The position numbers and the translations under genes are program-made. Below the pieces are notes generated by a model. That model was not told the DNA's origin. It was given only the letters and a program-made list of their open reading frames with translations, and searched no databases. This document shows, in pieces, positions 13,301-29,680 of a stretch of 64,000 nt of DNA (positions within the stretch are counted from its first letter, which is position 1; the number at the start of each line of letters is the position of its first letter). The stretch is from the human T2T-CHM13v2.0 reference genome, Homo sapiens. The stretch is from the NCBI RefSeq assembly GCF_009914755.1, contig NC_060929.1. One strand, 5' to 3'.

Positions 13301-15429
13301 TTGCACACATAAGAGATGTAGTAGTATAGATTAGATATGATGCTAACCTGGTGTTCACACGCAAGTTCAGGGATGGCAGAAACAAAGTGAAGGTGGGCAT
13401 TTGCTCTTGAGCTTTCAAAGGCTGAGAACTTCTCAAGGTTTGGGTGGAGCAGTGAGGCCAAGGCTGAACTTCAATCCATCCCTAAGCCCTTGACAGTAAT
13501 TTCTGGTCTGCTTCTGTTCCCCTCACTGCACTATGGACCTTTTGAGGGTAGATGCTTTACCTTATTTGTCTAGGATAGTGTTTGACAAATAGTGAATATT
13601 CAACAGACTTTTAAAAATATTCAGCAAACATATCTATCAAATCAGTGCAGGCTTATTTTTGTGAGATCTTTGTTAGGTGTGTATAGGCTGGCAGGTTTAA
13701 AACTTGGTCATGTACACTGAAGTCTTAGCAGTGTGCCATTTTAGGTTTAATCTAAACATTCCTCTACCTTTAGAATCTCTTATCTTCCTTTTATTATCCA
13801 CATTCTTTTCATACTTACAGCTTAAATTCTGACTAGTTAAATCCTCGTATTTCCTTCTTTGTTGTCTTCTCTCTCTCTCTCCCTCTCTCTCTCCACCCAC
13901 CTCTTTTCTTCATTTTAATTGAGAGAGACTACATATTAGAAAATATCCTAGTAGGATATTTTATACTATAAAATTATTTACCATCTTTTATTCTAAACCA
14001 ACCAGAGATTCTAATTTTGGGGGGTACTTTGTTTTAAATTCATTTATTTTTATGAAACCTTATTGAGCACATACTATATAATAAGGTATTGCTCTAGGTA
14101 CAGTTATAACTATTGAAATCTAGCTTTATTAGGAAAAGAAACTTTTAATTAGCCAAATATCTTCTCTATTATTATCCTTCATATTCAGTAAACCCTATCC
14201 ATGTGGGAAATGTGCATCCAAAACATTGACATCAGTCTTTCCACACAAGTCAAGATCTTTCTCACATCTCAGTATGGCAGCTGCTTTGCAGGACAATGTC
14301 ATATTTGTAACTCAACTTATGGTCTCTAAAATGAGGATAATGCCATTATTTTTAGAACATTAAGAAGTCTGCATAGGAAGATAACTGTACAACTCATTTC
14401 CTTTAAACCATAGCAGCTTGAAAAACACATAGACTTGGAGATTCCTCTGAATTCACAAGAGCCAGAAGTTTTAAACTACACCTAGAGCCTCATCCTGCTA
14501 AAGCTTAGCCAATATTTTAGTGGGGGAAAGCATCTCAAAGACCACATTATTCTTACATTAGGCTGTTAGCAATTTCATAACATTTATACCATATTTCTAT
14601 TTGCTCAAAGTTCTCCCTCAGAACATAGCGCTCCTGCAAACTTCTGAAGTAATTTTCCCCAATTAAATTCCTAAGAAAATTGAAATCCTTCAAATTTTAG
14701 TAGCTGTAAAACTCCATTTACACTGGCATTACAGTCTATTTCTACCTGGCAGCAACATTCATCAAACACCTACATGCTACTGTATAGAAATGAGTCACTT
14801 CCCCTTCTGGGGGAGATTTAAAGCACAATTCCGCAAAGCAAAATAGTCTGAAAAGCTAGAAAGTTACATGCTTTCCAAAAAAGGAAACACTGAACCACAG
14901 TCTCTCACTGAGTGAAAATAGGCAAAGAAAATAAAAATATAAAATGAGTATAAAGTTTAATGAACGTCAACACCTTTATGAATCAAAACGCCTATGCAAA
15001 GGCTTAGTGAGAAAAAAAGTCCTCAGAGAAATGCTTATCATCATTTCATTCAAATGAAGTGGTCCTCCTTATTCATTTAAAACTAACAACCTTGTAGCTA
15101 TTTTTAACTAAGAAATGAATAGATTTATCTTCTAACCAACAAAAACTAGATTGATTTATCTAGTTTGTTACATTTTTCTTTACCTTTTTTCCCTTTTGTG
15201 TTTCCTACTTATTTCTGGCGAGGGATTACTAAAAAGAGAGAAATAAAAATACAAAGTGGAAAACTATTATCCAAACTCAGTCATTTGGAAATTTGAGATT
15301 CTGAAAATTTTCTAATGGTTGGCATCTTTTTAAAGGTCACTTTTTGAACAAGAGCCCTCAAATACAAAATTGTGAGATGCAATAAGAGAATATTCTATTG
15401 GAAGTAATAATAAATTTTATATTTCTGGC

Positions 15430-15895
15430 CTTATTTGTAATAACATAAAAGTAGAAACAGCCCAAAGGTCCATTAACAGGTGAATGCATAAACAAATTGA
15501 AGTATATCTGTACGTTGGAATACTACTCAGCAAGAAAAAAGAATGAACTATTAAATGCCATGAATAAATCTTAAAATTATTACACTGAGTGATAAAAATC
15601 CAAACTTCCTAATAAAAAGGACGTATACTTTTTCATCTCACTTATATAAAATTCTAGGAATTGAAAATTAAATCTAGGTGACATAAGTCAGATCAGTGGT
15701 AGCCTAGGGAAAGGGATGAAGGCAGAGAGAGATTAAAGGGGAGCACAAGGAAATTTTCTAGAGCCATCAAAATGTTTGTTATCTTGATGTGGTGATGATT
15801 TTACATGGATGTACACGTCACAATTCATTAAGCTGTGTACTTTTAACATGTGAAATTGTCTGATAATTATGCTGCAATAAACCTGTTTTTAAAAA
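15430..15895 (+). mobile_element. L1ME/L1MC-like 3' UTR fragment
   Basis: tttgtaataacataaaagtagaaacagcccaaaggtccattaacaggtgaatg...ggaatactactcagcaag...aataaacctgtttttaaaaa. Confidence 0.8.
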
Positions 15896-16269
15896 CTATC
15901 TGCTCATAAAATGCCACCCCCATAAAAAGTCACTAAAGGTCCTGTGAAAATTAGAACTTCCACTATTTAGGACATGTGAATCAATAAGCAAGATGAATCC
16001 CAGCACTAGGAGGGACACAGAGACATGACATGAGGACCCTGACTTCCTCTTAAGACTGTGATACAAGGGAAATTTGGCTTTGTTAGACATCTGTCTCTGA
16101 TGATGTGATCAGGACAAACTACGAAAGTAACGGATAAGTAGAATTCACAGAAAATTCCCAATGATAAGAAAAGATGAGACTGATTTAAAATAGAAAAAAA
16201 GAGGGAAATATAAAATTGGAAAAATATAAGTTTTCAGACCCAGAACAATAGATGGCATACATCTGTGGT

Positions 16270-16900
16270 TTTAGAAAGAAGGAGAACAAATGAGGTGAGT
16301 CCAGTTAGAAGAAGTGATATTTGGGCTGAGACTTAAAGAGGAGAAAGAGGTAGACATGTGAGGAAAAAGAGGGACGTTCAGCACTCTGAAAAGAGTCATC
16401 ACGGAACCTGGGGAACCACAGCATGAATGGAGCATAGAGTCTGAGGAAGTAGTGTTGAGAAATAAGATAGGTAGGAGCCAGACCACAAAGGGTCTAATAT
16501 GTCATTACAGGGATGTTAGACTTTGTCCTGAGAGCAATGAGGAATCAGTGACATTTTAAGAAAGCAGGAGAAAAGAAAATTCTGGCTCTAGTTGGAGAAC
16601 ACGTTAGATAAGACAAAACTGGAGAGAGAGACACCATTTTAGTAATCCACTCGAGATGACAGGGACTGAAAACCAAGGTTGCTTCTGAATAAAAAGGTGA
16701 ACGAGTCCAAGAGATATTAAAAAGGTAAGATGGGAAGAATTTGGTGATGGATTGGAAGTGGCAAGCAGGGAAAGTTAAGACTAAGTTAAATAAAGAGATG
16801 AATGAATAAAGAATGAGAACTAAACAAGATGGCCAGCTTTCTGTCTTGGGCAACCAAGACAATGGTGATACCATTTACTGTAAGAGGAAACACAGAGAGT
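16270..16900 (-). mobile_element. L2 fragment
   Basis: Purine-rich antisense L2 motifs (gggctgagacttaaagagg; ttagactttgtcctgagagcaatgaggaatcagtg). Confidence 0.7.
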
Positions 16901-16904
16901 ATTC

Positions 16905-17100
16905 GAAGACGATTCTCCACTGGTGCCTCGCCTTTCACATATTGACACTAACTGGATGCCGGTGTTCTAGAAAATCATCTCTAGGATGTTTATACAGTGC
17001 AACCTTAAAAGACAGAGAGAGTATCTCCCTACAGAGTAGAGAGAAGATATTTTTAACGTACAGTCTCCTAAGGATAATGCCTCCCTTTATTAAATGTAAT
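16905..17100 (+). mobile_element. Old ERV-type LTR, 5' part (split by the L1PA insertion)
   Basis: agagagagtatctccctacagag...aggataatgcctccct continues after the L1 as agcaaagggcac...taagctcaag. Confidence 0.55.
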
Positions 17101-17280
17101 AGGTTGCTTCCAAGATGGCTGAATAGGAATACAAAAGTAGAAACAGCTCAAAGGTCCATTAACAGGTGAATGCATGAACAAACTGAAGTATAAATGTACA
17201 TCTGTATATCGGTCTATAGCTCCCAGCAAGATCGACGCAGATGACAGGTGATTTCTGCATTTCCAACTGAGGTACCTGGT

Positions 17281-17613
17281 TCATCTCATTGGGACTGGTT
17301 GGACAGTGGGTGCAGCCCACGGAGGATGAGCCAAAGCAGGGCGGGGCATCACCTCACCCGGGAAGCACAAGGGGTGGGGGGATTTCCCTTTCCTAGCCAA
17401 GGGAAGCCGTGACAGACTGTACCTGGAGAAATGGTACACTACTGACCAAATACTGCTCTTTTCCCATGGTCTTAGCAACCGGCAGACCAGGAGATACCCT
17501 CCTATGCCTGGCTTGGCAGGTCCTATGCCCACAGAGCTTTGCTCACTGCTAGCGCAACAGTCTGCGATCAATCTGTGACACTGCAGCTTGACGGGAGGAG
17601 GGACATCTGCCAT
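17281..17613 (-). CDS. L1 ORF0 homolog, uninterrupted and extended to 110 aa (translation unproven)
   Basis: MADVPPPVKLQCHRLIADCCASSEQSSVGIGPAKPGIGGYLLVCRLLRPWEKSSIWSVVYHFSR aligns colinearly with recalled L1HS ORF0 (MAGAPPPASLPPCSLISDCCASNQRDSVGVGPSEPGVGYSLVVRRFLSRSEKRNIRVGVTRFSR). True ATG in GCAATGG context. Confidence 0.6.
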   Translation of the reverse strand: MADVPPPVKLQCHRLIADCCASSEQSSVGIGPAKPGIGGYLLVCRLLRPWEKSSIWSVVYHFSRYSLSRLPLARKGKSPHPLCFPGEVMPRPALAHPPWAAPTVQPVPMR

Positions 17614-18183
17614 TGCTGAGGCTTAAGTAGCTCACAGTGTAAACCAAGCTGCTGGGAAGCATGAACTGGGTGGAGCACACCGCAGCTCAGCAAGGCCTAC
17701 TGGCTCTATAGATTCCACCTCTGGGGGCAGGGCATAGCAGAACAAAAGGCAGCAGACAGCTTCTGCAGATGTAAACGTCCCCATCTGACAGCTCTGAAGA
17801 GAGCAGAGGTTCTCTCAGCATGGCGTTTGAGCTCCAAGAACGGTCAGACTGCCTCCTCAAGTGTCGCCTGACTGGGAAACCCCTCCCAGTAGGGGCTGAC
17901 AGACACCTCAAACAGGCAGGTGCCCCTCTGGGATGAAGCTTCCAGAGGAAGGATCAGGCAGCAATATTAGCTGTTCTGCAGCCTCCACCTGTGATACCCA
18001 GGCAAACAGGGTCTGGAGTGGACCTCCAGCAAACTCCAATAGACCTACAGCTGAGGGGTCTGTTAGAAGGAAAACTAACAAACAGAAAGGAATAGCATCA
18101 ACAAAAAGGACATCCACACCAAAACCCCATCTGTAGGTCACCAACATCAACATCAAAGACCAAAGGTAGATAAAACCACAAAG

Positions 18184-19208
18184 ATGGAGAGAAACCAGAC
18201 CAGAAAAGCTGAACATTCCAAAAAACAGAGCACCTCTTCTCCTCCAAAGGATCACAGCTCCTCGCCAGCAAGGGAACAAAGCTGGATGGAGAATGACTTT
18301 GACAAGTTGACAGAAGTAGGCTTCAGAAGGTCCATACTAAGAAACTTCTCCGAGCTAAAGGCGCATGTTCTAACCCATCGCAAGGAAACTAAAAACCTTG
18401 AAAAAAGTTAGACAAATGGCTAACTAGAATAAACAGTGTAGAGAAGACCTTAAATGACCTGATGGAGCTGAAAACCACAGCACGAGAACTTTGTGATGCA
18501 TGCACAAGTTTCAATAGCCAATTTGATCAAGTGGAAGAAAGGATATCAGTGACTGAAGATCAAATTAATGAAATAAAGCATGAAGACAAGATTAGAAAAA
18601 AAAAAAGAGTGAAAAGAAATGAACAAAGCCTCCAAGAAATATGAGACTATGTGAAAAGACCAAATCTACATTTGATTGGTGTACCGGAAAGTGACAGGGA
18701 GAATGGAACCAAGCTAGAAAACGCTCTTCAGGATACTATCCAGGAGAACTTCCCTAACCTAGCAAGGCAGGCCAACATTCAAATTCAGGAAATACAGAAA
18801 ACACCACAAAGATACTCCTGGAGAAGAGCAACCCCAAGACACATAATTGTCAAATTCACCAAGGTTGAAATGAAGGAAAAAATGTTAAGCGCAGCCAGAG
18901 AGAAAAGTCGGGTTACCCACAAAGGGAAGCCCATCAGACTAACAGCGGATCTCTCGGCAGAAACCCTACAAGCCAGAAGAGTGGGAGCCAATATGCAACA
19001 TTCTTAAAGAAAAGAATTTTCAACCCAGAATCTCATAACCAGCCAAACTAAGCTTCCTAAGTGAAGGAGAAATAAAATCCTTTACAGACAAGAAATGCTG
19101 AGAGATTTTGTCAACACCAGGCCTGCATTACAAGAGCTCCTGAAGGAAACACTAAATATGGAAAGGAATAACTAGTACCAGCCACTGCAAAAACATGCCA
19201 AATTGTAA
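18184..19208 (+). pseudogene. L1 ORF1p, disrupted by frameshifts and stops
   Basis: Fragments MERNQTRKAE..., MELKTTARELCDACTSF... and KRPNLHLIGVPESDRENGTKLEN...GKPIRLTADLSAETLQARR. Confidence 0.93.
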
Positions 19209-19271
19209 AGACCATTGACGCTATGAAGAAACTCCATCAATTAACAGGCAAAATAACCAGCTAACATCATA

Positions 19272-22924
<3,653 letters not shown>

Positions 22925-23154
22925 ACAACAAGAACACATGGACACAGGGCGGGGAACATCACACACCAGGGCCTGTGGGAGAGTGGGGGCCTGGGAGAGG
23001 GATAGCATTAAGAGAAATACCTAATGTAAATGACGAGTTGATGGGTACAGCAAACCAACATGGCACATGTTTACCTAAGTAACAAACCTGCACGTTGTGC
23101 ACATGTACCCTAGAACTTAAAAGTATAATAAAAAAATAATAAAATAAAAATAAT

Positions 23155-23461
23155 GAAGATAAGCAAAGGGCACATTTATTTGTAGCCTGTTACGAAATGT
23201 TGAGTTCCCTAAGCTCAAGTTTTCTGTGTGATTCAGATGTACAGCAACTACCTGAGCCACTCTGCATCGCCCCATGGGACTTGGGGGCTGAGGGAATGAA
23301 CATGAATGTGAAGCTCATATTATTGTTATGTCAGGAATCATAAAGTCCTTTGTTTCTAATCCAGGAACTTCGTGTTGTGTGTCAGTATACATGAAACTGT
23401 GGTGGCTAACTGGTTAGCTTGCAAGTATAATAACATTTCAGACCCTTCACAGTTTTTGACA
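23155..23461 (+). mobile_element. Old ERV-type LTR, 3' part
   Basis: cccatgggacttggggg...ataaagtcctttgtttctaatccaggaa...gcttgcaagta...cagacccttcacagtttttgaca, ending in CA. Confidence 0.65.
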
Positions 23462-23489
23462 GAGGAGAGGAGACGGTTTTTATGTTTAG

Positions 23490-23710
23490 TATAATGCAAA
23501 GAAAATAAGATTTAGAGTCAGGCTGATATAAGTTTGAATTTTGGTCCATCCACATCCTAGCTGGGCAACTGTAAGCCAGTTATTTAACTTTTGGATTTCT
23601 TTTTCTCCTCTATAAAAATGAATACAATGATATAAAAATGGAAGCGTTCTTGAGTACAATTTAAACAGAATAACTTATGTGAAATGCCTAGAACAATACT
23701 TAGCACAAAA
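23490..23710 (+). mobile_element. MIR
   Basis: tttagagtcaggctg...aagccagttatttaac...ctataaaaatg...gtgaaatgcctagaacaatacttagcaca. Confidence 0.6.
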
Positions 23711-23909
23711 ATGCTTTCCTCTTTAATGATATTTTCATTTTCTACTTTTTCCTTATAGCTTTATTATTATATTTTTAAAGTGCATAAATATGTCTTAACA
23801 CTACTAATAGGTAGGCTTACATGGAAAATGCTGAATCTCCTCAGTATGTAGTATATGAGCTACTCAACAAATATCTGTTAAATCAGTCAAGGACTAGTTG
23901 ATAAGAATA

Positions 23910-24430
23910 GCTTATTTTATTCACTCACTAATTCATGCATCCTTATTGAGATGTTATTATGCTCCAGGCACTGAACTAGGAAGCAGAGATTTAGCAAAGA
24001 AAGCCCATGCTCTCATGAAACTTACTTTTGGTAAACACAGATTTAGCAAACACAGACGAGAATTTCGGACAGAGACAAGTGCTATAAAACAGCAGAAGCA
24101 AGAAAGAGCATGGGCGGCTGGTGAGGTTTAGGAGAAGCTTCTATGAGAAGGGGTTACTTTATCTCCCACCTGGCAATAGAAAGGGGCCAGCAATCAAATA
24201 TCTGAAATAAGCACTTTGCAAGCAGAAGGGAAAGCAAGCGCAAAGACCCTGAAGTGAGAACAAGCTTGACCATTAGAGGAACCTAAAGAATGTCAGTATG
24301 CCTACTTCTCATAGAAGGTGGGAGGGACGAGAATAGTCAAGAGGTTCAGGTTGAAGAAGGAGGCAGAGGCCAGATCATGCAGGTACTCATAGCATGGTAC
24401 AGATTTGGATTTCATGAGTCATTATGAAAG
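23910..24430 (-). mobile_element. L2 3' fragment
   Basis: attcactcactaattcatgcatccttattgag...ccaggcactgaactagg...gcagaagggaaagcaagcgcaaagaccctgaag. Confidence 0.75.
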
Positions 24431-24669
24431 AATGAAAGAAATTAAGAAAGAATTACTCACTAGAAGAGTAATTTTTTTAAACACGTTTCTCAAATTTAGG
24501 GAAAGTAACTCCATAAATACATGTGGATGGTGGAGTTTAAGTTGAGATTTCTTATCTTGCTAGGGGATTCCCTATATTAATATTATTTATGTTTGCTCTT
24601 GAAATATCCCTGGGAATACACTGTAGTTGAGAAGGAACCAGAATTTAAAACAAGTAAAATTTCTCTTAT

Positions 24670-25640
24670 AGTAATAATAAGTAATATATGGTGCTTACTA
24701 TTATAGTACCTGGCTCTGTTCTAAGCAGTTTATGTATATTTAGTCATCCAATCCTCACAATAATTCTATAAACAACAGTAATAATAGATACTATTATCCA
24801 CAATTAATAGATAAGGAAACTGAGGTGCAAAGAGATTCAGAAACTTACCCCAAATCACATATCTAGTAAGTGTTGAGTGCATATAATTAAAAACAAAATC
24901 TTTTCCCAACCCAGAAAACTTCTCCACAAAGGTAGAAGAGAAAGAATACAATTTTATTATTGAATAAGCATCAAAGCAGAATATCATACATCACAGGCAA
25001 TCTGCTAAGAGATTACAAAGACAGAAAGAAATCGTACCCTTTTTATATTTATATAGCCAAGCAGATACAACCCATACATACATGTTCTCAAGATAAACAA
25101 TGACTAGTCCTCAAGGAAGGGGACTTGACAGCACCATTTGTCATGCACAGTTCATCCTAAATTAGCCTGGTATTGGGGTGACCATGTGTGTTACTAATTG
25201 GCTTTACCCAAAGGAAAAATTAACTTCTCCTATCTCTATGACAGAAGGTAATTTAGGAACTAAGAATCCCCCACTGAAGTTAGGCTGCTACCCTCCCACA
25301 AAAACTGGAAGATAGGGGCACTATCTTCCTTGATTGCATTTCAAAAAGATGGTTCTCTGTTCTCTGATCCTTGAGAAAGACATTCCTGGGTCACAGAACT
25401 CACCAGAGCCTTATTTAGTTTTTAAAAAGATGTATATAGATTTCAAAGAGATAAAGAATGTGCAATTACAAGTTTTCTAAAGTAAATGCTCTAAGAAAAG
25501 GGAAGGGGTAGAAATCTTTTCCCTTATTTTTAAGAAGAAGAATTAAGCCTCCAATTTTTAATTTGTATTTGCCCTTAAATAAGTAGCAGAGCTGAGATCT
25601 GAACCTACACAGTCTGGGTCTAGGATCTACTTTCACACTT
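24670..25640 (-). mobile_element. MIR split by an LTR
   Basis: MIR reads ...gataaggaaactgaggtgcaaagag...cacatatctagtaag and resumes at 25580 with taagtagcagagctgagatctgaacc. Confidence 0.8.
24871..25579 (-). mobile_element. MER39-like ERV1 solo LTR
   Basis: About 709 bp. Minus strand begins (t)taagggcaaatacaaattaaaaattggaggcttaattc and ends ...caaca. 4-bp TSD TAAG at 24867-24870 and 25580-25583, typical of ERV1. Confidence 0.75.
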
Positions 25641-27199
25641 TAACATTTCTATTTCTTAGGCGCTCCATTCCTATTTTTCCCTATTTTTTTATTTCTTAGG
25701 CACTCATTCCTATTTTCCCTAATTTTCCTATTAAGAATGTGTAGAGTCATATTCTTAATTCTCATTTTTTCTGTCTTTGCTTTGACAAAAAAAGTATCTA
25801 GATAGGGCAGAGCAAGCTAAAATCATATATATTTGGCCCCATACTGTCAATGGAACTGATTTAATTCCCAAGGATTAAGCACTGTAGCAAATATAGCTCA
25901 ATTCTAACAATAATTTGGCAATTTGCCCATCTAATTTGACATTAACAACCTAGGTAGACTGACAAACAAGATCATTTTATATACATTCCAGATGATGATT
26001 TTCTAAAACTGTCTGTTGCCATGAGCCAATGCTGTCTAACATAAATCATTCAAGGAAAGAGTACTTGGTATGTTGGAAAATGAAAATCAGCAACTAATAC
26101 AATAAGTACAGCAGTTTACATGGCCACTAGCAGAATATGCAAGAGGATAAAATGGAGGTGAGAACACATAAGGTGGATTTTCTTAGTTTTATGTGCATGA
26201 AAATTACCATCCTTTTTAGAAACAAAACTTCATTTCTAAAATATCCCTTTTATTCATAACCGTACAAGAATTTTTACCCACATACTCTGTAAGAACACTG
26301 CCAGGGGGTGGGACAACCATCTACCTGGTATAATTTGATCTCTGATTACAAGAAGTTTAATAATTCCATTCAAAACAAGAAGAAGGTATATAACACATGA
26401 CATACACTAGTTTACATTTAATAGAAAATTAATTAAGACACAATTAAACAATGTACTGCAAACACAGTACACACAGCTATATTATGTACCCCCTTATATT
26501 AACCTTCCACAGTGAATCTTTGTCTTTGCTCTTTCCCGATGAAAATGTATGAAAAGAGTGACTAAAGAGAGACCCAAATTGACTTACAACCATTTATAAC
26601 TAAAGAACACATCTTTAGAATAAAATAAATGTATAGGTACATATGTAAGTAAGAAAACAATAAATATGCAAATCCAAACTAATATAAAAAGACAAGATTA
26701 TTAAAGTTTCTGATAAGATGTTTCATTTCATTACATATGAATCCTAGTGGTGGGAACGAGTGTGGGAGGAAAGGAGATTGCAAGTTTGCTATTTTTGAAA
26801 GCATAATCCAGTATTCTAGTAGCAGACAGTATACTGCTCTTGTATATTTGCAATTTTCAGGATTGGTAAATATACTGTAGCCTGGGTCACAAAATACCTA
26901 TTATCATATTAACTTTTTATTCAGCCAGCAATAAATTCCTAGATTTTAAAAACTCAAGTCAAGCAACTTTTACCACTGCTAAAAATTTAGTCAATAAAAA
27001 TGTCAATATCTTAGTCTTCCAAACCACAAACTACAGAAGCATTCATTCATAATGAACTAACAGAGCTTCAAATACTTCCCTTCCCTCTTGTATTTCTCTC
27101 AAACTTATACTTAAGATCTGGAATTTTTCACTGACAATGTTTTCTTCTATAAGCTATCTATAAAGTCAGCCAGAAACAATGATTATATTGATAGGGATA

Positions 27200-27465
27200 A
27201 TTAAAACAGCTAACATTTGTTACGGCTAACATTTGAGGGCTCCCTACGTACCAACCACTGGTTCTAAGGGTTTTACATGCATTTAATTTTCACAGTACCC
27301 CTATGAGACAATTAGTGTAATTATCCCAATTTCCAGATGAGAAAACTCAGGAACACCGTGAATAAATACCCTATCTAACTAAGGTCACACAGCAATAATG
27401 TGATGAAGCAAAATTCTAGCCCAGGCAGCCTGGCTCCAGAACCTACATCTTACCCACAAGCTTAA
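27200..27465 (-). mobile_element. MIR
   Basis: acagctaacattt...ttccagatgagaaaactcagg...aaggtcacacagc...cccaggcagcctggctccaga. Confidence 0.85.
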
Positions 27466-27859
27466 CAGTTAATAAGGCATTCCGTCTTTTCTAATGATCT
27501 ACATATGATGCCTTTCAGTACTTAATCTCAAAATTAACATTGACCCTCTTCTATATGTCATTATGTTGAGCCATATGGGAGCTATAATGAAATGTAGACA
27601 TGGATACTATGTTAAGATGCTCAAAATAAAAGGTTAAGACAATAAAATAAATATTTCAAAAACTACTACACATATTAATTGCCAAGTTAATCCTCTCTAT
27701 GTACTATATAGATATACTAGAGGCAGAAGAGAGAACTTCCGGATGTAAAAACCTGTTCTGACACTTCCACTCACCAGTTCTGTGATTTGGCCAAGACAAT
27801 TAGATTCTGGAAGCATTGTTATACTAATTTGTATAACAATTACAAATTCTATTGATATC

Positions 27860-28090
27860 ACTCTTTTCAAATTGTGGGATACAACCCATTAGTGAGTCAT
27901 GAAATCAATAAAATGAGTCAAAACCAGCAACTTAATTTTTTTAAATGGAATGGAAAATATGCATCATTAGTAAATTTCTCAAAACTTTCAGGGTTTTCTT
28001 GTACATGTGTGTATGTATATGTGTGTACAGAATCTGATATAAAATGTATGCCTTCATTTGAGTATGGTCATAAAAATCTGAAAGCCACTG
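27860..28090. mobile_element. hAT-Charlie-type DNA transposon fragment
   Basis: ttcaaattgtgggatacaacccattagtgagtcatgaaatcaat...aaaaatctgaaagccactg; terminal motif resembles old MER MITEs. Confidence 0.5.
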
Positions 28091-29299
28091 TTCTATTCCA
28101 AATTGATAAGGGTTGCAGGAGTTTATGGGTTAGAAGCTCTTGTTTCTGTAAAGATCTTTCCAAAGATGAACAAACATCTTTCTCTATATGCAAACTCCTC
28201 AAGAGAAGCAACCCTGTCTTACTAATATTTGTATACCCAGCACTAGCACAGTGCCTGACACACAGCCTGTTTTCAATAAATGATGGATAAATGGAAATAG
28301 ACAGTTTAAGAAATTAGAATTTACCTACATTTTAAAGAATTGATAGAATTTGGATACTTTAAAGAAGAGAGTAGCAGGCATTTTTAGAATTCATTCTTTC
28401 ATTTCCCAATCATATACTACAGCAGGGAAGGAAACCAAACAAAAAGCTTTCTACTTAGAACAAGAAGAGAATAAACTGAGTGGCACTGCAAAGCCAGGAT
28501 GGTACCCCTGGTGCACTGATCCCACACCTACCCCTATGAATAGGCGAAGGTTACAGGTACTGAAGCCTGAAGCTGGAAAGATACACTGAGAACAACTGAG
28601 AAGGGCTGATGTTAACCCTTTTCTTAGAAAATATAAAATCAGAAGATGGTGATTCATATTTCTTATTTTAAACAGGAATATAGAGAACAAAAGTCAGATA
28701 TTACTTGAGAAGCAGAGTGTCAGAGAACCAGGAATTAAAGACATAAGCTAATCCCCAATCAAGCATCTAACTGCATCCTGCCTTTAAGGATTGGGCCCCA
28801 GAACTTCTCAGGGATTCTTCCAGAGAAATCAGTAAGTCACTGCCCTACCTAAGCAATCAGTGCATCCCAGCACTGCACCAGGCAGAAGTTCGGTCATAAA
28901 CAAGCACAACGGAAGTGTTCGTCTGTAGCTCGAGGCATTCATGCCTAAACAGAAGCATCGAATGCTCTCAAATAAAGGGCTAAATATCATACTTCATGAA
29001 ACCGTTGGTAAAAATCCACACCAAGTTCTGCCATGTGGAATTTAAACGGGGAGAACCCTAGCTTGATGCATCTTACATTATTTCCTCCTTTGCTTTCTTC
29101 CTTGATTTACTCTTTGGTATTTCTCAGAAAAGAAAGAAAAGAAGAATGAGAGCAAAGGAGCAAAGAAGGGAGAAAATGAAAAAAAGAATAAGGAAGGAAA
29201 ATAAATGGAGGTTTCTTTTCTGGCAGGTATTAAGAAAGTATCCTGAGGAGGTGCTGGAAGAAAGTTTTCCCCTACCTGGAAGCGGGGCATGGCCCACTC

Positions 29300-29680
29300 C
29301 CTGTGCTGCTTGGCAGATGTCTGCTGGCAAACCCAATCCTTGTCCTCTCCTTACCCATCTCAGACTGCTGGCTCTCTGTCAGCAAGCATCCAACTGGGCT
29401 CAGCCATGGGAGGAGAGCTGGAAGGGAAAAGTCAGAGTACTTGGTACCTACTTCATTGGGTGACCCTGACAGCTGGACTCCTAACTACATTGCATCCTCT
29501 GTTCCTCCAGCCTAGGGGTAATAGTGACGTCCTGCTGTTGCCAAACCCTGGGTTGCCTAGAAGTCCCTTTTTGGCTTCTTAGCTCTTCCACAGCTGTGTA
29601 ACCAATTCCCTATATTATATTCTCTCTGTTTTAAATATTCAGAATTATGTTTTTCTGACTAGACTCTGCCTAATAAACTT
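29300..29680. mobile_element. Old ERVL-class LTR fragment (LTR16/LTR33-like)
   Basis: cagcctaggggtaatagtgacgtcctgctgttgccaaaccctggg...gtaaccaattccctatatta...ctgactagactctgcctaata. Confidence 0.5.
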
